Of a DNA stretch of 47,770 nucleotides, positions 40,215 through 47,770 are shown piece by piece. The first letter of the stretch is position 1. Each line of letters opens with the position of its first letter. Made by a program: the position numbers and the translations under genes. Source of the DNA: Alphaproteobacteria bacterium (lineage in GTDB: Bacteria; Pseudomonadota; Alphaproteobacteria; RF32; CAG-239); NCBI GenBank assembly GCA_017452885.1, contig JAFTLF010000001.1, positions 1 to 47,770 on the forward strand, in the 5' to 3' direction. Under the pieces are notes generated by a model that ran no database searches, was not told where the DNA came from, and worked only from the letters and a program-made list of their open reading frames with translations.

Positions 40215-40225
40215 TTTTATTCATG

Positions 40226-40263
40226 AAAAAAGAAAGGTGTCGAATTCGACACCTTTTATTTTA
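40226..40263. terminator. Bidirectional terminator (copy of 2487..2524)
   Basis: Identical sequence at offset +37739. Confidence 0.85.
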
Positions 40264-40385
40264 TGGCGACACAGGCCCGGAAATCGCTTTGCTTAGGCCA
40301 ACCATCGTTGAACCTACCGTTTCCGTTTTGTCTGGCCGGAAAAAAGCCACAACAAGCAACATAAACAAGCAAGCAAGCAAAAATA

Positions 40386-41030
40386 TCAACTTATGAATAG
40401 ATTGCATGCTAACCAAACTCCCTCGTATGCGCCAAAGACAATCTCTCCCCAGTTCCAACCGTTCTTGCCTAAAGGATAAAGTTTTTCAAGTTTGCCACCT
40501 ATCCAATAGCAAACACCCATACCAAGACCGGAAAGCATAACCGGAAGACTGCCAAGGAATAATCCCCACAAGAAAGTAATAATTAAGCCGGTTAATGTTG
40601 TGCCTAAAAATCCGAACACTTTCGGGAATTCATAAAGATAATATGTTTTTGCTTCAACACGCCAACCAAGCCAACCAAAAAACCAATTAAACACCGCTGC
40701 AGATGTTTGGCCAAAAGTTATCTTTATCGAGTAAAGAAGATCGTCAATCAATTCGCACTCTTTATCTACTGCCGGATTAAGAGCATAAACCCCGGTCAAC
40801 AATGAGCCGATGTATAAACCCCATCCATAAAGCTGATAGCTTGTATAAGAATCGGTGAAACCAATAATAAAATTCTCTAATCCCCAAGAAAAATAAAAGC
40901 AACTGTAACAAGCAAAGAAAACCGCATACCATATTTTATTCTTTGGTATGTATTTTTTCCAAAGTCCGCCGCGAATTCGCCACAAAAGCGCACTCAAAAC
41001 AATTATTAAAAAAGAGTAAATATAAATCAT
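40386..41030 (-). CDS. Multi-pass membrane protein (copy of 2647..3291)
   Basis: Identical translation at offset +37739. Confidence 0.6.
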   Translation of the reverse strand: MIYIYSFLIIVLSALLWRIRGGLWKKYIPKNKIWYAVFFACYSCFYFSWGLENFIIGFTDSYTSYQLYGWGLYIGSLLTGVYALNPAVDKECELIDDLLYSIKITFGQTSAAVFNWFFGWLGWRVEAKTYYLYEFPKVFGFLGTTLTGLIITFLWGLFLGSLPVMLSGLGMGVCYWIGGKLEKLYPLGKNGWNWGEIVFGAYEGVWLACNLFIS

Positions 41031-41434
41031 TTCACACCTGCCAATTCCATTCCATGAGTTAAAGTTTCGTTAGAGTAAGGCTGCATACCGTTTTCATGGC
41101 GGATTATTGCCTTAACCAAGTTTAGCATGATGACCGGTTCGCAAACATCGATAACATCACGCGGTCTGACATCAAGCACCTGACACACGCTCAAAATATA
41201 ACTATTTGTGTTATTTTCTGATGGAGGAGCCCATCTCGAGATGATTTTTTCAGGTGTGTTGATGTTTTGTTTTTTATAGTTAATCAATATTTTACATATT
41301 GCCCGGATACCGTATTCCGGTGCTATAAATACACAAAAAGAGCTGTCGGTTTGTTCGTCCGCGAGCCCTTGCCATTTATCCCCATGTCTGATATTCCCGG
41401 GATTATGGTTTCTTATACCCCTAGGTAGTGTCAT
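41027..41434 (-). CDS. Putative endolysin (copy of 3288..3695)
   Basis: Identical translation at offset +37739. Confidence 0.5.
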   Translation of the reverse strand: MTLPRGIRNHNPGNIRHGDKWQGLADEQTDSSFCVFIAPEYGIRAICKILINYKKQNINTPEKIISRWAPPSENNTNSYILSVCQVLDVRPRDVIDVCEPVIMLNLVKAIIRHENGMQPYSNETLTHGMELAGVK

Positions 41435-41733
41435 TTCTTATTCCTTTTGCGTGCTTCATTAAGTAAAAGAGTTGTTATCTCGGTGTGCATACTGTCCAGT
41501 TTTTGCTCAATATTTTTGATTTCTTCCTTGGTGGCAAGATTGGTATAAATGAATTTTGTATTTTCTTTATTTTCCTCTTGCAGTTCTTTTATTTGCTTTT
41601 TCATCTCTGACAGATGAGCCTCCAAGTCAGATTTTGCGACTTTGTTTCTTAATTCGTTAAAAAACCAAACCATTATACACCCCAAGAAATAAACAGCGTA
41701 TTTCGCGATGTCTATCAAAATATCGTTTTGCAA
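41431..41733 (-). CDS. Holin-like membrane protein (copy of 3692..3994)
   Basis: Identical translation at offset +37739. Confidence 0.5.
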   Translation of the reverse strand: MQNDILIDIAKYAVYFLGCIMVWFFNELRNKVAKSDLEAHLSEMKKQIKELQEENKENTKFIYTNLATKEEIKNIEQKLDSMHTEITTLLLNEARKRNKK

Positions 41734-41795
41734 GAGAGCTCTCCTAATATTCGTTAACTATTTATAGCATAACTGTAAAAGGAGAGCTTTGTCAA

Positions 41796-42263
41796 TTATT
41801 TCATCGCGTAGTAATATCTCTTGGCCTTGCCGACCGGCGCATCTTTATCACGCAACCATAACAGCGAAGCCTTGTAATAATTATCTGTTGATGAACCTAA
41901 CAACTCATACATGTCTGAATAAAGCATGTTGATAACATAATAGAAGTCGCACTCCGTAAAATGCTCTCTGCTCATATCCAAATCATGCGAAGCCAAAACA
42001 CTTTTGACTTCTTCGTATGTCCAATGTCCGCCTGTCGTGCCGTCCTCATTCTCCATTTTGGAAACTGCATATTCTGCCTGTTCCCTGTTAAAATGCGGAC
42101 CATAAACAAGCAAGTCCAAGTCCATAGCTAAAAGAATTTGCTCGTCATCGTCCAGGTTGTGAACGCTGTTTGCAATTCTTTCGGCCATTTTCTCAATTTT
42201 ATGTTCCGGCAAGTTTTGAGAATAAGCGGCTTCAATCAGTTTTTTGATTTTCTTGTGCATCAT
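41796..42263 (-). CDS. Hypothetical protein (copy of 4057..4524)
   Basis: Identical translation at offset +37739. Confidence 0.6.
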   Translation of the reverse strand: MMHKKIKKLIEAAYSQNLPEHKIEKMAERIANSVHNLDDDEQILLAMDLDLLVYGPHFNREQAEYAVSKMENEDGTTGGHWTYEEVKSVLASHDLDMSREHFTECDFYYVINMLYSDMYELLGSSTDNYYKASLLWLRDKDAPVGKAKRYYYAMK

Positions 42264-42553
42264 TCTTCTCCGTTTTCGTTTTCAAAATCGCATCTTGTGT
42301 CTTCCGAATATCGCTTAAAATGCTCGTCTGCTTTATGCTTTGGAACACTACTATCAACCCGAGAATATCCAGGATCAGACTGAACAACTCTTTCATTTGG
42401 TTTTGTCGTGATAATCTTCGCAAGATTGCTCTCCCTTACAGCATCGTCAATAATCACAGACACTTTTCTTGCACTATCAATGCATAATTTACGATATTTG
42501 TCGTTTGATAAAATCACGCCTGCAGCAAAAAAAGCAATGTCTGATAATTTCAT
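42260..42553 (-). CDS. Hypothetical protein (copy of 4521..4814)
   Basis: Identical translation at offset +37739. Confidence 0.55.
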   Translation of the reverse strand: MKLSDIAFFAAGVILSNDKYRKLCIDSARKVSVIIDDAVRESNLAKIITTKPNERVVQSDPGYSRVDSSVPKHKADEHFKRYSEDTRCDFENENGEE

Positions 42554-42555
42554 GA

Positions 42556-42891
42556 TTAAGCTCCGGTATATGCAGATGGTTTAACTCTGCAAACTAAAGT
42601 TGCATGCACAGGATCATCGCCAAAAATCATACGGAAGCCACGACGGCAAGCTATCTCATCAGCTCGCAGATAGTTTCCGGACGAATTATACACCTGAACG
42701 TTTGTCGTTCCGTCAGACAAGAAAACCGGAGCGGTATTTGCACCGGCCGGGATAGACTGACAGATATAAACATTTAAGCTAGTGTAGTTTGGCAATGTCG
42801 CAAACTGAATTCCAGGAATCGTTAAATAAAGATTTCCGCCGGTCAAAGTAACCTCAGAAGTCTTATAAGATTTAACACAATTACAAGTCAT
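42556..42891 (-). CDS. Cys-containing beta-rich protein (copy of 4817..5152)
   Basis: Identical translation at offset +37739. Confidence 0.55.
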   Translation of the reverse strand: MTCNCVKSYKTSEVTLTGGNLYLTIPGIQFATLPNYTSLNVYICQSIPAGANTAPVFLSDGTTNVQVYNSSGNYLRADEIACRRGFRMIFGDDPVHATLVCRVKPSAYTGA

Positions 42892-42969
42892 TTTTTGTTT
42901 TCCTTTACAAAAAAGAAGTTAAAGTCAAGGCGGCCAGTTGGAGGTGGTAAAGACTGACCGCCCGAAGTT

Positions 42970-43497
42970 TTAGACTAAACCGTTGCAGGTATTACAACCG
43001 TAAGGATTTAGGCTAGTCAAACCCAAGCCGTTAATAATTCCGGCATTTGGGCATACAGCACCGATTCCGGTAACATCCGGACGACGGAGCATGTTACACT
43101 GAATAGAAGCCAAAGTTGCGTTAATAGGCTCAAGTTGATCTTTAACAAACAACTTATTTCTCAATTCAGAGTTTTCGCGTGCTAATTCTGCGTTTTTGTC
43201 GCGCTCGTTTTGATAGCCGTAGTAGTCTATCTTTGTTTGAGTTGCGTTGGCAGATGCAGCAATTAACTCACGAGTTTGAGAGGCTTGCTGTTCAACGAGA
43301 TATTGGGTAGTTGCTACGTTAGCGATATTCTGTTTTTGAGCTTCACAGATGGCCTTGTAATCTTCAAAGCCAAACATGTCAGCGGCATAAGCAGCACCTG
43401 CGCCGCGACCGCCAAACCCAAAACCGCCACCCCAAAAGACAGCGAATAGGATAATCAAGAATATAACAATACCCCAAGTTCCCCATTTTTCTTCCAT
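42970..43497 (-). CDS. Membrane-anchored Gly-rich/Cys-rich protein (copy of 5231..5758)
   Basis: Identical translation at offset +37739. Confidence 0.6.
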   Translation of the reverse strand: MEEKWGTWGIVIFLIILFAVFWGGGFGFGGRGAGAAYAADMFGFEDYKAICEAQKQNIANVATTQYLVEQQASQTRELIAASANATQTKIDYYGYQNERDKNAELARENSELRNKLFVKDQLEPINATLASIQCNMLRRPDVTGIGAVCPNAGIINGLGLTSLNPYGCNTCNGLV

Positions 43498-43530
43498 TTT
43501 GGTTTCCTTTCGTGTTATAGGCGCATTTTT

Positions 43531-43887
43531 TTATTTAAGCCTGGCAAGATTATCTTGCAGAGCCTTTAACTCGTCATCCTGCGCCGTTACGGTTGGCGAG
43601 TTAACTTTCTGATAACCCATTGTTTCAATGTTGGCGATTATCTGTTTTGCCTGCTCAACATCAACACCGAGCGGTTTTAACAAAAAACCGGCCATCGGGT
43701 TATTCAAATATCCTTTTATTTTGGTTAAATCCTGTTTAGTAACACCGGCCTTTTGCAATGCCTCTTGAGGATTACTGGCCATGCTTACGATATTATTTGT
43801 TACCTCGAAAGCCTGACTTAGTGCTTGCACTTTTTCCGGGGACAGGATCTTGCTCGCTATTGTCATCAGTGACTGCTTGTTTAACAT
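43531..43887 (-). CDS. Hypothetical protein (copy of 5792..6148)
   Basis: Identical translation at offset +37739. Confidence 0.6.
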   Translation of the reverse strand: MLNKQSLMTIASKILSPEKVQALSQAFEVTNNIVSMASNPQEALQKAGVTKQDLTKIKGYLNNPMAGFLLKPLGVDVEQAKQIIANIETMGYQKVNSPTVTAQDDELKALQDNLARLK

Positions 43888-44188
43888 TGCTATTCTCCAG
43901 TTTTGATACTTTTTCGTTTAACAATCCGATCGTGCCGGACATCTCCAACATCATCGATTGAGTTTGTTTCAAGGTTTCTTGTAACTCTTTGTTTATTTCT
44001 TCGGGAGTTTTAGGCTTGGTAAGTATGCCTTTTTCATAGAGGATTTTTTCAAATCCTTTGGCTGTATCGATGGCCTTGTTATATTCATCGGTCGTATATC
44101 CTAACGGTTGGCCATACGAATTAAAAATCCTGCCATTTTGCACAAAACCGATAAAACTTGTCGTATTTTGAAAGTTATTGTCCAACAT
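43793..44188 (-). CDS. Hypothetical coiled-coil protein (copy of 6054..6449)
   Basis: Identical translation at offset +37739. Confidence 0.55.
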   Translation of the reverse strand: MLDNNFQNTTSFIGFVQNGRIFNSYGQPLGYTTDEYNKAIDTAKGFEKILYEKGILTKPKTPEEINKELQETLKQTQSMMLEMSGTIGLLNEKVSKLENSNVKQAVTDDNSEQDPVPGKSASTKSGFRGNK

Positions 44189-44408
44189 CGGCCTTTACCT
44201 CCGAGTTCATCAAATCGCGCACAGTTTTTTTTGAAATGTCGGCGACTAAATCCGATGCCATTTCTGCGTGGAGCTCTTTTGGTTGTTTTCTTATTTCAAG
44301 GATGCGCTCGAGGATATCATCGACCTCTTTGCCCTCATGACCGACTAAAACGGGTATGATCATATACATTGTTGATAAAATACCCAGGTTGCTATTTTGG
44401 TTTTGCAT
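44175..44408 (-). CDS. Hypothetical protein (copy of 6436..6669)
   Basis: Identical translation at offset +37739. Confidence 0.6.
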   Translation of the reverse strand: MQNQNSNLGILSTMYMIIPVLVGHEGKEVDDILERILEIRKQPKELHAEMASDLVADISKKTVRDLMNSEVKADVGQ

Positions 44409-44465
44409 TTTTTACCTCCAAATTATTATTTAAGAGGTTTTGCAGCACCATTATTTGTAAACGTG

Positions 44466-44505
44466 TAAAATAAAACATGGTAACCTCTCTTCCGATTACC
44501 ATGTT
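44466..44505 (-). terminator. Terminator (copy of 6727..6766)
   Basis: Identical sequence at offset +37739. Confidence 0.7.
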
Positions 44506-44554
44506 CGCACAATTAAAAATTTTTATACGCAAATTTTAGGTTTATAATAAGCAC

Positions 44555-44830
44555 CTATTTCGTGACAAGACCGTATATAACACCGGACAGTTTGTCGTCA
44601 ACACCTTGTATTTTCATGTAAAGGCCAACAGCAATAGCGGTAACAAAAACCATAAAGCCAAAAACAGAGATGGCCCAGGCATAAAGAAATGTTTTTGCAT
44701 CCGAATACATCAAATTGACATTTTTACTATTTGAAATATTAGGATTTGAATTTGTGTTGTTAAAATTGCTTTTGTTGTGAGCATTGTTTAACTGTTTAGT
44801 GTTTCCACCTTTATTGTCCACGTTTTTCAT
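44555..44830 (-). CDS. N-rich single-pass membrane protein (copy of 6816..7091)
   Basis: Identical translation at offset +37739. Confidence 0.6.
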   Translation of the reverse strand: MKNVDNKGGNTKQLNNAHNKSNFNNTNSNPNISNSKNVNLMYSDAKTFLYAWAISVFGFMVFVTAIAVGLYMKIQGVDDKLSGVIYGLVTK

Positions 44831-45068
44831 TGAAATAATCCCTCAGTTTATTGATTGCACTCATAAATATTGTTGTGACTTTGCGTTCGCACTTGTTAAC
44901 GCGGTCACTTACAGCCGGATTGAATTTATCCTCATAAACTCGAAGCAAGAAAACTTTTAATTCGTCTTCGGTCAAATCTACATCCGGAGAAGTGCAAAGC
45001 TCGATAATCTTACACTTGCGCATTCCCTTAAATTTGTCGGTGACATCTCTTGTCTTACTTCGTGCCAT
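44811..45068 (-). CDS. Sigma-region-4-like HTH protein (copy of 7072..7329)
   Basis: Identical translation at offset +37739. Confidence 0.45.
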   Translation of the reverse strand: MARSKTRDVTDKFKGMRKCKIIELCTSPDVDLTEDELKVFLLRVYEDKFNPAVSDRVNKCERKVTTIFMSAINKLRDYFNEKRGQ

Positions 45069-45123
45069 ATTTTTTACCTTAAAACAAAATTAGCTTATGA
45101 TAATTTATTTTATTTGTAAATAG

Positions 45124-45303
45124 TTAATATTTGCATGTTTCATAAGCCTTTTTCCAAATAAGGCGGTGTTTGTTGCATGTGTCAAAGTCTGTTATTTCGT
45201 TATCGTCAAGGATAATCTCAGCGCAGCTGTTCTGTATAGTAGGCTGTTGACTTGCGCACGCACTCAACAGGAATACGCACAAAAAGAGAAGAACAATTTT
45301 CAT
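45124..45303 (-). CDS. o-spanin candidate lipoprotein (copy of 7385..7564)
   Basis: Identical sequence. The cat start triplet at 45301-45303 and the tta stop triplet at 45124-45126 were checked on the plus strand. Confidence 0.6.
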   Translation of the reverse strand: MKIVLLFLCVFLLSACASQQPTIQNSCAEIILDDNEITDFDTCNKHRLIWKKAYETCKY

Positions 45304-45508
45304 CTTTTTTAACCTCGCTGTCTTTTTTGTTTATATTTTCTACCTTGTTTTTTAGCTCTGTGAAGCGCGTTTTTGTTTTTTGCGATAAGTTTATGCTGTT
45401 TTGCATAAAAGTCGCCTGTGTGGCGTTTTTTCCGGCTCTATATCCCCCGTAATATGCGGCCACACAAGCAGCAATCAACAAACAAATAAGAAGTAATACC
45501 TCTTTCAT
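45218..45508 (-). CDS. i-spanin candidate (copy of 7479..7769)
   Basis: Identical translation at offset +37739. Confidence 0.5.
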   Translation of the reverse strand: MKEVLLLICLLIAACVAAYYGGYRAGKNATQATFMQNSINLSQKTKTRFTELKNKVENINKKDSEVKKDENCSSLFVRIPVECVRKSTAYYTEQLR

Positions 45509-45963
45509 TATTTTTCAAGCTCACTTACATTGTCATTTACAATGTCAACCGGTGACAACTTGTCAACTACTTGATCGGTAGGTTGATCAGTTACTTGATC
45601 ACTTTCCGGATAAGGATTTTCTTCTTTAATTTTAGCAACTATTTCTGCCCTCTTAATTTTAAGAGCTTCAATCTCTGCTATTATTTCTTCTGTTTGCTCC
45701 TCATCCCTTAAAGATTGTATTTGACAAGTTATTGGATCTTTTTTGGCTCGATAAAGAGCTTCACGAGTTTGACGAACTTCTTCTTTAGTTGGCTCTGGTT
45801 TCTCCGGTGCATAACCCTTGGCATAAGTAGTACCATCATACCCTTGCTCAACTTCGCCCCTATACTCAACAACACCATATTTACCACTTGCTAAACGCTG
45901 TCTATTAATATCTGTATCTGCCCAAATATTAACAATTTTTGTCTGTTCATTTATTACATACAT
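45508..45963 (-). CDS. Hypothetical fibre-associated protein (copy of 7769..8224)
   Basis: Identical translation at offset +37739. Confidence 0.45.
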   Translation of the reverse strand: MYVINEQTKIVNIWADTDINRQRLASGKYGVVEYRGEVEQGYDGTTYAKGYAPEKPEPTKEEVRQTREALYRAKKDPITCQIQSLRDEEQTEEIIAEIEALKIKRAEIVAKIKEENPYPESDQVTDQPTDQVVDKLSPVDIVNDNVSELEK

Positions 45964-45964
45964 A

Positions 45965-47629
45965 TTAAACTTCTCCTATCAATGGAAAAACAAAAACATT
46001 CCAAGTTCCACCTGCACCTATACCTGTTAGAGTAACACCTTTACGAACATATACAGGAATTTGTGTATAGTTGTTTCCGTTAGTTCCACAAAGCATTTCG
46101 GCATCACCATCGGATAACCGCCAATGACAATATCCCGCCGATAAGAAACGAACTACAAACACGCAATCAAATTCTGTTGTATAAGTTCCTTGTCCTGTGT
46201 TTGAGTTTTTAACTTGAATCCCCGCTGTATAATCAGGCATACCCCAACCAACAACGGTTGCTCTGTCAGCCGCAGATGATTTTCTTACACTATCAGCAAC
46301 GGTGGTTAATACTTGACTAGCGGCAATAACATTAGCATCTTGGATTGTTTCGCCTACATAGAAGTAAAGCTTTAAGCCAGATGAGGATGTTTCTATACCT
46401 GATTTTTCTGGGTCTGTGGTTATGCCAAACTGGTTGCCAATATTAATGTTTTTGTCAAAGCCAGCATTAATCCCAGTAGCTCTTCCACCACTAGCATTGT
46501 TAGCAAAAAAGTGTCCAAGCTTTTGAAGTCCAGTTTCACCATCATTTGATATATTCAGTCCCAAATCCATACCATTACCAGCCACTTTGTTACTACTTGC
46601 AAGAGCTACTTTGACAGGCAATCTGAATGTCGTGTCTGCTGTATTGATAACAAAGTCAGTATCGGTATATTCTTCTGTACTTAGCTTAACACTTACACCG
46701 TCTTTGGTTTCTGTTCCGTTGTGTATCTTTAGCAATAGCTCGTAAACTGCCTTGTATGTCGCACCACTATGGAAAGCACCGTTTGAGATTAACCAAGAGG
46801 CATTGCTTATCTCATATTCAGACCATTTGTAGTCAAGCAAAGAGAACGGATTGTTCAACTCAATCTCACGAGTTACATCTACACTTTCCTCAACACCTGT
46901 TGCTACTTGGATGAAGTATGGGTATTGGATAGCTTCTTGTTGAACAGGAGCATTGTCTTGATAGGTTGGATATTTAGCTCCGACATTTATTTGCTGAACT
47001 CCATCTGATGATGTTGTTCCGCTAAATGATGTACCAGTTCCGGAAACAGAGTTATTCCAAGCTAAATCTGATTGCATAGATTGATATTGCAAACTAGTGT
47101 TAATCATAATATTCGGCAAGCTCTCAGCTTTAATACTTCCCATCAATGTTAAATCAGCCAAACCCTGTACATTAACAACCTTAGGCAAACGAATTGTACC
47201 TAATTCATCATCAATAACAAACTTACCGCATTGACCTAGCTTAGAATTAGTAACCTCTGCTTGCCAGTTTGTTTCAGAAGTAACTAAACTTGGATATAAA
47301 GCGGCTCTTTCCTTTATCATTTTTGTAAAAGCCTCAAACTGGCTTTGTGAGATTACTTGACCGTTTAGATAACGTCTTTCGTTTAAGGTTTCATTAATGC
47401 CAAAAGCGGCAAAACCGATATCGCCTATCTCAAGACCACCGCCTTTTTTGGTTAATTCTTCCTCGATTTTATTTAAGTTTGCTGCATTAACAGGAGTTCC
47501 TTGTTCGTAAATCTCTCCTGGTGCATCAAACAATGTTACCGTTCCGTCCTCATTTTCCCTGACGGAATATGTGCGAGGGTTTTGAACGTCGCGGTCTTTC
47601 CAAACTGTAGGTGTATAAACCATTTTCAC
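45965..47629 (-). CDS. Tail fibre / receptor-binding protein (copy of 8226..9890)
   Basis: Identical translation at offset +37739. Confidence 0.75.
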   Translation of the reverse strand: MKMVYTPTVWKDRDVQNPRTYSVRENEDGTVTLFDAPGEIYEQGTPVNAANLNKIEEELTKKGGGLEIGDIGFAAFGINETLNERRYLNGQVISQSQFEAFTKMIKERAALYPSLVTSETNWQAEVTNSKLGQCGKFVIDDELGTIRLPKVVNVQGLADLTLMGSIKAESLPNIMINTSLQYQSMQSDLAWNNSVSGTGTSFSGTTSSDGVQQINVGAKYPTYQDNAPVQQEAIQYPYFIQVATGVEESVDVTREIELNNPFSLLDYKWSEYEISNASWLISNGAFHSGATYKAVYELLLKIHNGTETKDGVSVKLSTEEYTDTDFVINTADTTFRLPVKVALASSNKVAGNGMDLGLNISNDGETGLQKLGHFFANNASGGRATGINAGFDKNINIGNQFGITTDPEKSGIETSSSGLKLYFYVGETIQDANVIAASQVLTTVADSVRKSSAADRATVVGWGMPDYTAGIQVKNSNTGQGTYTTEFDCVFVVRFLSAGYCHWRLSDGDAEMLCGTNGNNYTQIPVYVRKGVTLTGIGAGGTWNVFVFPLIGEV

Positions 47630-47641
47630 ATTACTCCTTTA

Positions 47642-47770
47642 CTAACTTAAAGATTTTGTTACATAGTTCGTGTAAACATCGATTTCATAAAGGTAAGTAA
47701 CCTCTTGAATGTTATATTGTAGGTTTATTTGGTCTTTAACAAGCAAAACATCGTTGCTGTCATAAACCTC
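47642..47770 (-). CDS. 3' part of the 109-aa baseplate/fibre-associated ORF (copy of 9903..10031; 5' end cut by window end)
   Basis: Identical sequence at offset +37739. Truncated by the window boundary. Confidence 0.5.
   Translation of the reverse strand, partial: EVYDSNDVLLVKDQINLQYNIQEVTYLYEIDVYTNYVTKSLS

Larger units (their letters stand above)
37740..47770. repeat. Right copy of the exact 10,031-bp direct repeat (equals 1..10031)
   Basis: See the left copy. The window ends inside the 109-aa ORF. Confidence 0.95.

Noticed and set aside
37740-47770. Second set of lysis, accessory, spanin, tail-fibre, HNH and MazG genes that could be read as a biological segmental duplication or a second prophage
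   Set aside because: It is an exact copy of 1..10031 at constant offset, with both boundaries inside ORFs. It is best explained by wrap-around of one circular or concatemeric 37,739-bp genome, so it adds no independent gene content.

Overview
The window holds one complete genome of a contractile-tailed phage with a PBSX/Xkd-like tail module. The unit length is 37,739 bp and the window shows about 1.27 units: bases 1-10031 recur exactly at 37740-47770, and both repeat boundaries fall inside ORFs. This points to a circular or concatemeric (circularly permuted) molecule rather than two biological loci.

Architecture: two divergent transcription arms leave an A-tract-curved promoter region at 32.46-32.61 kb. 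They converge on a bidirectional terminator at about 2.5 kb (about 40.2 kb in copy 2).

Rightward arm (+, 32613 across the unit junction at 37739/37740 to 2475):
- an acidic first early gene
- a Cas4/RecB-like PD-(D/E)XK exonuclease, a RecT-like annealase and a Rad50/SbcC-like ATPase with a CPHCG zinc hook
- an Xis/MerR-like HTH protein
- a T4 endonuclease V (DenV) homologue
- a NUMOD-like fusion protein and an HNH endonuclease
- a MazG-like gene broken exactly at a 28-bp perfect palindrome

Leftward arm (-, 32442 down to 2647):
- an SF2 helicase and a VRR-NUC nuclease
- a putative replication organiser containing an ori-like repeat/AT-rich block
- a self-contained ArsR-family cassette
- RNase H and a ParB-fused DNA methyltransferase
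- terS/terL, portal, MuF-like protein, scaffold and major capsid protein, then head-tail connectors
- sheath, tube, a tail chaperone with an A_AAA_AAC -1 frameshift, tape measure, LysM protein, baseplate and tail fibre
- an overlapped spanin pair whose 59-aa lipoprotein ORF is absent from the ORF track
- a sigma-region-4-like protein plus a membrane protein
- a seven-gene accessory cassette of unknown function
- a holin-like / endolysin / multi-pass membrane lysis cassette

I found no integrase, CI-like repressor, tRNA, rRNA, CRISPR array or reverse transcriptase.

Host inference only: strong AGGAGG-type ribosome-binding sites, TTGACA-N16/17-TATAxx promoters, a spanin pair and a single-domain endolysin suggest a diderm host that uses Shine-Dalgarno sites, so not Bacteroidota. 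The host genus cannot be determined from this sequence.

All functional calls rest on motif recognition by eye and on synteny. No database search was run.
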